A stretch of DNA of 64,000 nucleotides from Microbotryum violaceum (Eukaryota): assembly GCA_001244265.2 (NCBI GenBank), contig CDLV01000010.1:930001-994000 (forward strand), read 5' to 3'. Shown here piece after piece: positions 40,023 to 52,674 of this stretch. The first letter of the stretch is position 1. Each line of letters opens with the position of its first letter. A program made the position numbers and the translations under genes. Below the pieces are notes generated by a model. That model saw only the letters and a list, made by a program, of their open reading frames with translations. It was not told the origin of the DNA and made no database searches.

Positions 40023-42104
40023 TCAGAAAGCGAATCGGTCCAAAGCCCCTGCCGAACCGGACGCAGCGGATCGAGAGGCTGCGACGTTCTTCTTGGCCTG
40101 CTTGTTGGCCGCGCGCTGCTTCTCCAGCTTCTCCTTCAACGCGACCGTGATGGGATCGATGACGTTGCGCTTGCGTTTTCTCAACGCCTTCTTGAGCGTC
40201 GAATTGCGACCCCTGCCACGGTTCTTGGCATCCGCCTTGGCCAACTTGACGCGCTTCTTCTCTTCCCTCCTCTCCTCGTCCAAAGCGTCTTCATCATCCT
40301 CGCTCTCCAACCCTTCTTCATCCTCCTCCATCTGTCCACGGTCTTTCAACCGATCGACGCGCGACTTTTTCCGATACGTCTCATCGACGAACCCAGGTCT
40401 ATCCTTGTTGAGCTTCTCGGCCTTGTCCCTGACGTCTCGATCGAGTTTGCCGACCATCTCCGTATCGAGCGTGATCATATCAAAGGGAACCTTGTCCAGC
40501 AAGGCGTTAACCTCGCGCTCACGACGACGTCGCTTGCCTTCGTAAGGATCGGCTTCGAGCGAATCAAAGTTTGCCTCCCCTGCTCCAGGCACCAATAAAG
40601 ACGTAAACCCTTGCGCATGACCAACACCAAGGACGTCTTCGAAAGGACAGAAGCGAGTCTCGTTGACGGCGACGCCGGGGAACGTATGCGTCAGATACGG
40701 CGGAGGCGGCATCCTCGGGTTCTGATCCGGTTTTTGCAGATCCTTGAACACGCTGATGTGATTGCCCCAACCGAGACCCAGGAGACCTCTTTGACTGAAA
40801 TCGACGGACGTCGGCGTCTTTTTGAATTGGTACTCGTTCAGGACGGCCCATTTGCGCGTGTCCCAGAGCTTGACTGAACCGTCGACGCCGCAGGTGACCA
40901 TTCGGTAGCCGAGGGTCGAAGGGTCGAGAGCGATCGACGAAACAGGGCCACGGTGAGCTTGTACTTGGACTTGAGGGCGGGAAACCGAAGGGGACCACAA
41001 TGTGACCGAGCCTGGTAATAAAGATGGGACCCACGGTGAGCGAGAGCCTTCCAACGCTGGGCGAGAGTAACTGACCATTCTGATGCCCGAGGTGAATGAA
41101 AGCGTTATGGGAGTTCTGCGCCATCGTTCGACATGCACCCAACTTTGTCCGGTGTTCGACAACGAGTTGACCCGTAGATGTATCTTGGTATTTGAGAAAC
41201 CCCGGATTGCCCTGCGGGAGAGAGCGAAACAACGAAAGGTGAGCCAAGAACACCAGTGCCCCTCCCCACCCCCCACCCCCCCCCCCTCCCCCGCGCCGCC
41301 CCTGATTCAATACTCACAATCGTCGCAAGCAAGAAATGGTATGGCAGAAACTCCATCTGGTTGACCTCGATATGATTGCGCAACTGGTGCACCTCCAACC
41401 CACTTTTGTCGTAGATGTAGACATACTTTTTCTGCGCAACGGCGAAGAAACTTTCGTCATGCAGCCACCGGATCGCTCGCACGGTTTCGCCTAGATGCAG
41501 TTCGGTGTGCAACCTCCCTGATTGCCAGTCGAAGGTGCCCACATGCCCCTTCCTCCCTGCGATGGCGAGATGTCTCCCATTGCGCGTGTAGTCGAGCGCA
41601 TACGGCCCAAACTCGTCCAGTTTCAAAGCGAAAGCCTTGCCCTGCGCTCCGATGGCCGACCCTTCGACAATCTCGTCCTGTGTGACCTTCCACGTCCTTT
41701 CCAACTCGTTCTCGACCTCGATCAAGCCTTGGATCGAACGGTCGAGCAAGAGGTCGTCATGTTCGTGGGCTTTGATGGAGCTTACTTTCGCCGAAGTCGA
41801 GAGATGATGCAGGTGGTGGCCGAGACGTTTGTTGGTCTTGCCTGCGCCTTTGCTCAGGTGGTTCTTGTCCAACATGGTCGGGTGGGCGTACACATATCTG
41901 GAATGAGATGAGAAAGCGATATCAGCTCTCGTCGTTATCGCTCTGAGCACCGAATGAGGGGACCCACTTCTTGAGAGACTGTGTAGCTGGCACATAGGGG
42001 TCTTGAGCTGGCAACTGACGCGAGTTGGACAGAAGCGAAGTCGGGGTTTCCTTCTCCCTCTGCTTGCCTTTGCCCTTGCCGACTTGGTGAGGAGTACCCT
42101 GCAT
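40023..42104 (-). CDS. UTP7: U3 snoRNP WD40 protein Utp7/WDR46
   Basis: [60 protein letters not shown] (BING4CT). Confidence 0.93.
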
Positions 42105-42528
42105 CTCCTACGAACGATCGAATGGGAAGTCGGGTCGGCGAGACGGAGCTGGGGGCTAAGCGCTGAGCTGAGCTGAGCTGAGCTGGCGTGGGTGGCGGAG
42201 ATGAGGGTCCGTAGGTAGCTCGAGCTGACCACACTGCGACAAAGAATTTCCGTAGGCCGTGCAGATGTTATGTGATGAGAGCAAGTCAGAGTGAAGCGCG
42301 ACGAGGACCGAGAAGCAAGTTGGGCGGCAACTGGTGCGATCGAGACACACCCACACGCGCTTCGCAGCCTCGCGCAACACGGCGCGGCTGCGAAGGCGAC
42401 TGGAGGCAGTTGGATCAGCTAGCTGGAGGCGACTCGGCCCATATTGCCCGGACCATAAACCGATCTCGGCGCTTGCGAGCTGAGTTTGTTCTCCTTTCAT
42501 CCCTCATTCCCCTACACATTCATCAAAC

Positions 42529-43648
42529 ATGGTCTCCTTTGTTTGCGACACCTGCAACGACACGCTCAAGAAGGTCAGCACAATCTTCCATAGGCATGCT
42601 CAGCTCAGCTCAGCTGATTGCGAAACTCCACCTCGACCTCGACACCGACCGCTGATCGACTCGGTTCCTTCCACAGCCCAAGTTGGACCAGCACGCTCAA
42701 AAATGTTGGGCCGTATACACATGTCAGTAATTCCGGAACCCGACTTGACAGCAACGCACGGCTGACCCCCTACCTCCGCCTGCACTCGTCGACCTCTCCT
42801 TCTCTAGGCCTCGATTGCAACACGACCTTTGAAGGCACATCCTACAGGGCCCACACGTCTTGCATTTCCGAGGATCAGAAGTATCAGAAATCGTACGTAG
42901 TCGTCGTTGTGAATTCAACCTCGTCGGGAAATGCATCAAACTGAGGACCGGATCACCCCTCACCTCCCCCCCCCCCCCCCCCCCCCACATCCATCTCTTC
43001 TTCCGTGCCGCTGTTCGGAACTTCCTCCTCCCCACCCTCCCAAACAGCGTCTACAAAGCGCCTAAGAAATCCAACAAGAACCACCCCGGAGCACCTCCCA
43101 CACCCGCACCCACAACACCTGCGACAGTAGCTCCTTCCATCACCGTGCCCGAACCCTTCTCAACAGCAACCCCTGTCGACACACCGGCCGTCGTGGAGAG
43201 CTCGTCGACTACGGCCATGACGAACGGAACGAAACGAGCCAGGCAGGAGGAGCAGGAAGAGAAGGTTGAGGTAGAGAGATTAAAGAAACAACGCAAGGCG
43301 GAGAAGAAGGCGGCGAAGAAGGCTTCCAAGGCCGCAGCGGCCACAGGAACCGAACCGACGGCGACGAGCACACCCGCTGCCAAAGCTGAAGAGACAGTAG
43401 CTCCTGAACCTGCGACAGAGGAGGTTTCGCCGAAAGACATCAAAGCAGAGATCAAGGCTTTCCTGGCCCAGGCCGTTCCGGGGGTATTGAAGCAGTCACG
43501 GACGTTGCGGGAGGTGAAGCGGAGCGTGGTGGAGATGGCTGCTGCGCGGGGATTGAACGAGGAGACGGAGGTGCTGGAGGTGTTCGAGAAGGGTGTGTTT
43601 TTGGGTGGGGACAAGCCCAAGAAGATGTTGAAGCTCTCATTCGAGTAA
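42529..43648 (+). CDS. LYAR-type C2HC zinc-finger nucleolar protein
   Basis: MVSFVCDTCNDTLKKPKLDQHAQKC...TCLDCNTTF...HTSCISEDQKYQ after splicing. Confidence 0.9.
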
Positions 43649-43932
43649 AGGAGAGTTGCGAGAGTATCGAAGCATCGTGAACAGAGAATGCACGCCCAGG
43701 GGAACGAAAGGTTGATGTCTGAATTCGGGGTTGCTCCCGCGTCAAACCAGCAATTATTACACACTTTGAAACGAAAACGGGAAATGTTACAACGCCAGAA
43801 AGGGAGTTCTCAAATCGTGAATGGTTGTTCACTTGAGCGACATCGAAGGCGGGGTTGGAGTATCTATGCGGCAAATGCAGAGCAGACCGGATGCGAACGA
43901 ACAAAGGCACCAGATCTTGACTTCGTCCTCTC

Positions 43933-45109
43933 TTATACGGTCCACTTGGTGACCTTTGTGCCGTACTATGGAGATTGAGCAAGGTTTTTGGGTTAGGAAA
44001 GTGCTCGGAAGTAAACTTTGGACACAAAAAAAGACTCTAACGCAGCGTACCTTGGCCTGACTGTCCTTGTGGCTCACAAACTCTACATCACTCGAGACCT
44101 TGTCCCTGTCGGAAAACTTGATCCCTTCCTCCATCCCGAGCACGTCGTACTTGAGATGTCGGCCAATGTTCTCGATCCTCGCTCGTACATCCGGCGTCGC
44201 CGTTCGCGTCCAGATGTTAATTCGGTAGAACGCCTTGCGCGACGAGACGATGACACCCGTGACTTCGTTGGTGAAGGCGGACGGAACGGCGGTCGTCGAA
44301 TTTGTTGCGGCCGCCTTATCGAAGGGGGTTTCGAACATTTCGCCGATCGCGGCCAGCATCTGTGGATGGGTGATGTTGTACAATGGTCAGTGCCGGAAAG
44401 ACTCTCAATGTGGACGCAGCACGCACGGTGTAAAGCCAGTAGTTGTCAATCTCGGCCGAGTATTTGCCCCTCGGCAACTGGACGGCCCACTTGCCCCCCT
44501 TGGAATTGGCGGGGTCCTCCCAAGCGGGCTTGATGCCTTCTTTGAAGAGGTAGTAGTTGGAGTTGAGGTGGATGAGCGATGGTGGCACGATGTTGTTGTA
44601 TAGTCTGTGGCCACGAGCCGATTGAGGTTTTAGTTCGGGTCGGCGGTCCGGATGGGGTCTCGAAGCCAGCGAGAGACCGACCCCCAGAATTCTTCTACCG
44701 ATTCAAAGCCAATGACCTTGACGAGCGCTTCGTCCCAACTCTTGGCTATAGGATTGAAAGGGATAAAGATCTCAGTGAGATGCTCTGACCTGGGACCCTG
44801 GCTGCTGTGCTATGACTGGCCCTTGTCCTGCTTGGAAGCCGAATCGAACCAGAGTGTCCACGGCGAGCAGAGCGGGTGCTTGACGTTGAAGTTGACTCGA
44901 TCATCAAATACGGTGATAAGAGTGCCGGACGGCTTGTTGTCGTTGGACGCCTCAGTCTCGTCCTGCTCGGTGTCGTCGTCATGACTCGCCTGAGCGGTGG
45001 CCGAGGCGACGGCAGCGGCGGCGGCGCTGGCTGCAGCTGGTGGCAGATTGGAGGCTTTGACGGTCGGGGTTGTGGCCTCGGCGCTGGGAGTGGAGGCCTC
45101 GGGTGCCAT
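43933..45109 (-). CDS. TIF45: Canonical class I eIF4E
   Basis: KHPLCSPWTLWF, SWDE, VEEFWG, YLFKEGIKPAWED, GGKW, RINIWT. The first intron is GC-AG. Confidence 0.92.
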
Positions 45110-45524
45110 GGTGGGTAACGACAAGTCGGTCGATCGGATCAAGAGTAGGTGGGCAGCCAAGTCGAGTCCCAAGCGGTGATGCGCTGCGAAGTCGATCGCT
45201 ACGGAGGCGCGTGTGGGTGCTGCCACAGGAAGTGCAGACGGTGGAGGGGCAAGGTAGCTGGGGACGGTTTCTCGAGCCGAGGGGGCGTGTAGTTGGGCTG
45301 TGAGAGAGATGGTCAGGTGCGCGATGTGCTGCTTTGGCGTGCGTTGCGGTGCGAGGCCAAAGGCGCGTTTTTGTCAGGAGCGGGCAGGCGCAGGCGGCAG
45401 TTATTAGCTGGCTTCTGCTGGCTTCTGCTGGCTTGCTCGCGCGCTCTCGGACACGCACGGACCCACGCTGGCCTAGCCTGGCGCGGCGTCAGCTAAAGTG
45501 TCGGCGAGTGTCAGCCTGTGTTGT

Positions 45525-45566
45525 CGGCTGTCGCGGCTGTCGCGGCTGTCGCGGCTGTCGCGGCTG
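45525..45566. repeat. 9-bp tandem repeat (CGGCTGTCG, about 4.5 copies) in the eIF4E/MTM1 divergent promoter
   Basis: Read directly from the sequence. Confidence 0.85.
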
Positions 45567-45689
45567 CCCACGTTTCAACGTCAACGCCGGGCGGGCGGTC
45601 GACCCGGCAGCCGTCGCGCGTTTCGCTCTCACTCCCCCTCGCCACCTGGACATCTCGACCGGATCGGTGCGGTTCGCATACATATAGAC

Positions 45690-47729
45690 ATGGGCTTACT
45701 CGAGACATCCATCTCGGAGGAGGTCCCTTTCCATTCCGAGGCACAGAAGCGTTCTTCACGTGATGGAAACACTGTCGATCGGCACGAGCCGTCGGGATCG
45801 GGAGCACCACCGCAGCCGTCGTCGTCGTCGGGATCGGGACTTGGATTCGCTCACCAGGACGCATTTTCGCACCACACCTTGTCCGCTCGCGAATCCAACA
45901 AGAAGATCGAAGAGAAGAACAAGGTCATCGCCGCCATGGTCGGAGCCACGCTCACTTCGCTGACCAGTACGTCTCTGGCCTTGCGTTGCGAAAGTCAACG
46001 GTCGGCGAAATCAGCTCTCGACTTGGCGTACCTTCAATGTGTCACCCACGCATGCCATCCGCCAGCATTGGCGACATCCTGCGCTTAGAGGCGCTTTGAA
46101 GGATCTGACGTGTGGCATCCAATGCCACGGTCCGGGTCGTCAAGGGCGTGATGCTCGTGACGTCGATCCGAGACGTGATCCTCCTATCATCGCCCTCGCG
46201 GCAGCCCGCCCGTTGAGTACTCGTGCTGAGTTACACCTGTTGCCCTCACTCTCCCCACAGTGACACCTTTCGATGTCGTCAAAACGAGGCTGCAGACCCA
46301 GCCCAGCCAGAACGCGCGTTCCTCTTTCATCCCCGCATCCCACCTGCCTCCACCGACGTCCCGATCGACCACCTCGCCGTGGCCCCCGCCGATCGCATCG
46401 ACCTCGACCGCGCCACCGGAGTCCTCGGTCGAGACCAGGCTAGCAAGCAAACTCTCGACGTGCTGCACCAAGACCTACTTCAACTCGAACGACAAATCCC
46501 TCCTTTGCCGCTTCGACCCTCGCCATTCGACCTCGTCCTTGCCCGCCTCGGGTTCCCATTCCTCCCCCATCTCGGCCGCGCGAGCCGCCTTTGTGCATCA
46601 CTTTGCACCCGCAGCACCGATTCTGCATCCGGGGAGCATGCTCCTCCATGCCTCGAACGGAGGCGCCTTGTTCGCCAACGCTTGCCTTTACCCTGATCCT
46701 CGGCATGCCGTCAAGGCGACTTCGTCCGGGACAATAGGGGGCTCCGCTTCGGCGGCCTCACCCACGCATCTGACCGGATTCTGGGACGCCGTTATCAAAA
46801 TTGCGCGCAACGAGGGCATATCGTCACTGTGGAGGGGCACCGCACCCGCTCTGGCCATGTCGGTCCCGGGGCAGGTTGTCTACATGGTCGGCTACGACTG
46901 GGGTCGACGCACCGCATTCGACCATGCGCCCCAGTGGGCCTACGCCGAGGTCGCCAATGCAGACGGTCGGCACTTGTCGAAGAGCTACCTCACTGCCGTG
47001 CCCCTAATTGCTGGTGGAATGTCTCGGACCGTCGTCGCGGCTTTGACGTCGCCCCTTGAGCTGGTACGGACACGGCTGCAATCGACCTCGGAATCGACCT
47101 CGGTACGATCCATTGTTTTGACCTTGCGTGCGGAAGGAGGCGGACTGTCGTCGGCGTGGAGGGGTCTGCCACCGACGTTGTGGCGCGATGTCCCTTTCAG
47201 CGCCATCTATTGGGCCGGATACGAAGCGATCAAGCGCTCCATCACCGGCGGCAAGGGTATGGGCGAAGGCTGGCAGGACCAGAGCTTGTCGTCAGAGTTC
47301 GCCGTCGCGTTTGTCTCGGGTGCTGGTTCCGGAATGGTAAGCACGAGTATGCTGTTCTAGTCGCTCATGTTCGACGCTGAAGCCGATGCGATTCGTCACA
47401 GATCGCAGCGACCGTGACAAACCCATTCGATGTCGTAAAAACCCGAAGACAGGCACTCGTCGAGGCCGCGACGGGTTCGGGCTCGTCTTCGACACAAGCA
47501 CCCCTTACCAAGACTTTTCCCATCCTGTTTGATATCGCTAACAAGGAAGGGTGGGCCGGGTTGATGCGCGGACTGACGCCCAGATTGGCCAAGGTGAGCT
47601 GACTGTCGACCGGGTCCGGAGGGGAGGCAATTACTCATCGGTCCACATTCCTGTTTGTTCATCCAGGTTGGGCCGGCATGCGGAATTATGATCGCAAGTT
47701 ACGAAGGGTTGGGTAGATTACTGGATTAA
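45690..47729 (+). CDS. MTM1: Mitochondrial carrier of the Mtm1/SLC25A39-40 subfamily
   Basis: Three PxD/ExxK/RxR repeats (TPFDVVKTRLQ, SPLELVRTRLQ, NPFDVVKTRRQ), RDVPFSAIYW, GPACGIMIASYE. Confidence 0.88.
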
Positions 47730-47768
47730 ACTTCATGGTACTCTATCGTAAATTAGTGACCCCTGTTC

Positions 47769-48737
47769 TCATCGGCTGGACCGTGTCCGTCGCGTCCCCG
47801 TCGTCGAGTTGCCACTTGCTGCTTTTGGGTCCACCTTCTTGGCCCTCTTCCCAACTGGTTTCTCTTCCTCTTCTTGGACCTTTGCTCGCTTGGTGGGAGA
47901 AGGAGTCTCTGCCTTGGCAGCGCCGTCTGAACTTGACGCCCCCCTAAGCCCCCTAAACCACTCCTGCCACCCCCCTCGTTGCCCCAACTGCTTGACGACG
48001 CCATAAAACTCGTCCGTACACCCTTGCACGCTCAGCCTCCCCCGACTGATCAAATCGCTACCTCTTATCGCTTCGAGATGCTGGGGCTTGATATACTCCT
48101 TCACTTCAACCGGCAAGGACGCATGTTCCATCGTCGACAGAGTCTGCAACAGTTTGAGCGGCACCATGTGGGGTAACCTCTCAACGAACTCCAAATCGAT
48201 CATGAACCATGTCGGTGTTTCGGACGATGATTTGGGATCGTAGTAAGGATGTTTAGCGTCCCAGGCGTTGTGGTCCGGGTATCCTTCGCGTTTGACTTTG
48301 GCCAAAGCGGCGATGCCGGGGGTTTTGCAGTTGGACGCGTAGAAGAGGCACGGGTCGTCAATCTTCATTTCTTCTTTGAGATAGCGTTTGGCTTGGTGGT
48401 TTCTGGAGGGGAAGTGTGGGGGATGAGTTGCGACTTTGTGCAGGAGGCTGCTCCTCGCGGGGGAATGGAATACTACGCACCTTACGCCCTCCCATGCCGT
48501 GACTTTACACTTTTCAAAATCGTCTACCGAAAATTTGACGTCCACACCTTTTTCGATCCTCGTATCCGGTTCAGCCTAGAGGAGCTGCCCATCAGTTCCC
48601 ATGCGTCTGATCCGGGCTGATCGACTCGTCGCGTTGAGCCGCGTGTGCTAGAGAAGTGGTCTTACCTTGAGCAACCAATGATGGTAGACAGGTCGGTCAG
48701 GAATTGTGCCCGCCTTGACTTTGACTTTGGGTGGCAT
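47769..48737 (-). CDS. EVE-domain (THYN1-like) protein
   Basis: HWLLKAEP, WEGVRNHQAK, FYASNCK, HPYYDPKS, RGRLSVQ. Confidence 0.88.
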
Positions 48738-49222
48738 ACTGCGAGAAAGTTGACCTGAGGCAAGGATTCGAAGGGTGGTGGTCCAAGAGCAAGAAAGGGC
48801 CATTCCATTACTAGGGGCTGAGGAGATGACGACATTTGGGATGTGGTGATCGACGGGCGGGCGCGGGGTTAAGCTTGATGATCTGGCGGGCGCGCTCTTT
48901 TCGGCGACTGGGAGCTTCTGGCAACGAGAGGCTACGAGAGGTACCGGCGTGGGGTCACTGAGTACTGAGCCGGGGAACTCGCTGGCTGCTCTCGCTTTGT
49001 TTCCTCACCTTCTCAACAGCCTTTCTCTATTGACTACAACTCTCGAGTACTCTCGAGTAGTCTCGAGTAAGGCTTGTACGACACTTGCACAACAACGTAA
49101 CTTGCAAAAGGCCCAAAAAGCGTTACCCGCCGCAAGATTCCTTCGGCTCCGCCGAGTGAGCACGTGTTATTTAGCCCCTTCCTCATCCCCTTCCCCGAAT
49201 CGAACGACGTCTCCCTCCGAAC

Positions 49223-51786
49223 ATGGCGTCCCTGTTACACGAACAGCTCAAGCTCTACGTCGCCAACGACGCTTACACACTCGTCGGTGAATCTGAGAAA
49301 CCCCAAACGCTCGTCATCAACCGTGCGACAAATGTCATCTCGATCACCCGTCAGTTGCTGCTGTCTGGCCATCGCGCTTTCGGATTTGGCTCAGTCCGCT
49401 GCTTTTGGTGATCTTTTGCAGCCTCGAGCTCGATCCCTTCCAAGTTTGAAAAGGAACATACCGTATATGGTCTCTTTGGGATCATTACCCTCTTGAGGTG
49501 TGAGTCAATGTACAACGAAGCTCGTCCGGTGGTCCTGGTGCTCAAGCCCCTCGTTGGATCTATACTCTACCGCACAGCCGATTACCTCGTGGTCGTTACT
49601 AAACGTAAGAAGGTCGCGACCGTCCTCGGCGCGCCCGTTTACACCGCGACCGACTTCGCCGTCTTCCCCATCGAACGTCGCTCGACCGTCGAATTGCTCG
49701 GTCAACCCGACGAGGCCTACCTCCTCGGCCTCCTCAAAAGCCATCTCTTCTCCGCGCCCTTCCACTTCACCTACGGCGGCTGGAATGTGACGACGAGGTT
49801 GCAGCAGCAGCAGGATAATGGGACTAATTCAAGCGCAAAGGCGTTCTGGGAGACCGTGAGGATTTCAGCTCTCCTCGAGTCCACCGAAAGGAATCGCACA
49901 ATTGACCTCATGCGGTTGCATTTCCCCAGTCCGACGACCGCTTTTTCTGGAACCGTCACCTGCAGCGTCGTGTTATCGATGCGAGTGCGAATGGTAACGA
50001 TGTGAGTCGAGTTTCCACGAGAAATTTACTTCGGTAGGGTTTGAAGCGCTAAATTGTCCCCCTTCTCGTCTATAGTGCAGTCGTTTCGTCTTGCCCGTCA
50101 TGCTCGGATGTGAGTCAAAGATCCCTTTCCTTCGACTTTCGCACAAATCCTCACCCCACTATCTTGCCCGTTTCCACATCCCAGTCCTCGAATTCAAGAA
50201 TGCGACCATCAACGGCCGCGAATTTCTCTTTGGTCTCGTCTCGCGCCGCAACCGCTTCCGTGCCGGTACGCGTTACTTTTCCCGAGGCATCGATCGTGAG
50301 GGCAACGTGTCCAACTTTAATGAGACGGAGCAGATCGTCTTGCTCGATTCGCAAACGGGGTCGTCGGGCGGCGTGGTCCGAGGCGATATCATCTTTTCGT
50401 ACGTCCAGACCCGAGGCAGCGTGCCCGTCTACTGGGCCGAGATCAACAATCTCAGGTATAAGCCCGATCTCAAAATCATGGAAATGTCCAACACTGTGAG
50501 TTCTCTAGAGACGGTCGCGGCCGACCGAATATACGCGACTGACCGATTCTTCCCATGGGGCACAGGCCGAATCCCTCAAGCGTCACTTTGATACCCAGAT
50601 CGATCTGTACGGCGACCAATACCTCGTGAACCTCGTCAACCAAAAGGGCTACGAGAAGCCGGTCAAGGAAGCGTACGAGCGTGCGATCGAGACGATGGGC
50701 AACAACCGCGTGCATTACACCTACTTTGACTTCCACCATGAGTGCAAAGGTCTGAGGTTCGATCGCGTCTCCGTCCTCATCGATTCGCTCGATGAGCAAT
50801 TGCACAAGCAAGCGTGAGTTGGGAGGCGGTGAAGAGTCGATTCATCCTCACCTCACCAGACGCTGATCATCAAGTGCATTTCTCAGTTACTTCCACCATG
50901 ACAAGACGAGCTCGCCCTCGCGACCTCAGTCAACTCAAACCTCGGTTGTTCGCACCAACTGCATGGATTGGTGAGATACGATGGTCCTCATGATCATCAT
51001 CGACTCTAGGCTGACCCCACGCGACCACGTTACGAATGCAGCCTTGATCGAACGAACGTCGTCCAATCGGCATTGGCCAAGTGGGTGCTCAATAATCAGC
51101 TTCGGTCGATCGGCGTCTTGAGCCCCAAGGAGTCAATCGAGGAGCACAAGCCTTTCCTCAAGCTGTTCCGCAACGTCTGGGCCGACAACGCCAACGCCAT
51201 CTCGCGCGCCTATTCGGGCACTGGCGCGCTCAAGACGGACTACACGCGGACGGGCAAGCGCTCCAAGGAAGGCGCGCTCCAGGACGGTGTCAACTCGCTC
51301 GTGCGCTACATTAAAAATAATTTCCTCGACGGCCCGCGACAGGACGCCTACGACCTCGTTTCGGGCTCTTGGATGCCCCGCACGGGGGATGTGCAAACCT
51401 GGCGCGATCAACGTTCGCTCGTTGTGCGTTCGGCCCCTCTCGTCGCCTTGCTCGCGATCGGGGCCCTCTTCCTCGCCTTGGCGGCCCCGACGCTTGTCGG
51501 CGAGTACCTCCTCTCGGCGCGACAGTTCACGCTTCTCTCGCTCGCGGTCCTACTCCTCGCCATGAACTTCGTGCTCAATCACGGCGTCGAGTACGTCTCG
51601 TACCCCAAGCTTGTCTCGCTCGACGATATTGTCAACTACAACGGCAAAGGGTTTGAATCGGGACGCCACGGGCGACCGCTGAAGAAGGCGCAAGTCGTGA
51701 GTGCCGAATCGGCGGCCAAACGCGGGGCGGCGAGTTCCTTGCGCAAGGAGGGTGTCCCCGTCACGAATGGCGCCAAGAAAGACTAG
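49223..51786 (+). CDS. SAC1: Phosphoinositide phosphatase Sac1
   Basis: [19 protein letters not shown], catalytic [16 protein letters not shown], two C-terminal TM segments. Confidence 0.95.
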
Positions 51787-52674
51787 TGCGTGGTTACTCG
51801 AGAGAGAGATGTTGCGGATGTTGCGTCCTTTTTGTACTATGCTTTCTGACTTGCGTTCTCGGTGCGAGCTTCTCTGGTTATTTGCTGTTATCGATTCCGG
51901 CCCGCGGGACCCACTGTGCCTGGTCCCAACTCCGTCCTCCTGGGAAGCTATTGGAGCTGAAAGAACACGGAGCTCCTGAGTTTTGATCGTATACGGGTAG
52001 AGACATGCTCGGCTGCAGAGCCCCTGCTCCGACCCTCGGCTAAAAAAAATCCGATCCAAGTGGGGCTAAATGGTGGATTGGACAGCGAGTTCCAGTGGCC
52101 GAAACTCATGGCGTTCACGGCATGCGATACCAGACCTTCTCCATTGTTGAGACGAAAACTCTCCGGCCGGTTTGGCATAGTATACGACCCATGCCTCGCG
52201 AGTCGAAAAAAACTATGTGAAATCGGACGGGAAACGAAAGCGTCAGGAAGACCGGCGTCGAGGAACTTGAAGCTTGAAGCTTGAAGCGCGGGCTCATGCT
52301 GATTCCGCCCACTACTGGCCGCTTGCCTTGCCACGCCCCCATCCTGACTCTCAACTGCCTTGACGATCTCCGTCCCCAGGCCGTGCTGATCCACCTGTGC
52401 TCGCCGTCGTAGACACCTCTGTTGTCCATTGTACCGCCTGCGTTGAACCAATCGAGCTCGATCGCAGCGCTTTGTCGTGTACGGCCCCTCTCGCCAGCGC
52501 GCCCCAGCTGCAGCTCACGCGCCTCCCCACAGCGACCCACCTCGCCAGCGCCCAGCGCCAATCCAGGGCCGGCCTCGGGATCCACCGTCCGCCGCCGCCC
52601 TCCGCTGTGCCCGCCGCAACTGTAGCCAGCCCATCCACCACCACTTCTCTAGTTCCCGCTTGCGCCTGTCCACG

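Noticed and set aside
42198-42280. GATGAG (PAC-like) motifs in the UTP7/LYAR promoter
   Set aside because: Short imperfect matches; the PAC system is characterised in ascomycete yeasts and cannot be supported here.
51990-52240. T-run plus hairpins between SAC1 and PPZ1 as a possible snRNA or snoRNA
   Set aside because: No recognisable conserved snRNA motifs; an Infernal search would be needed.
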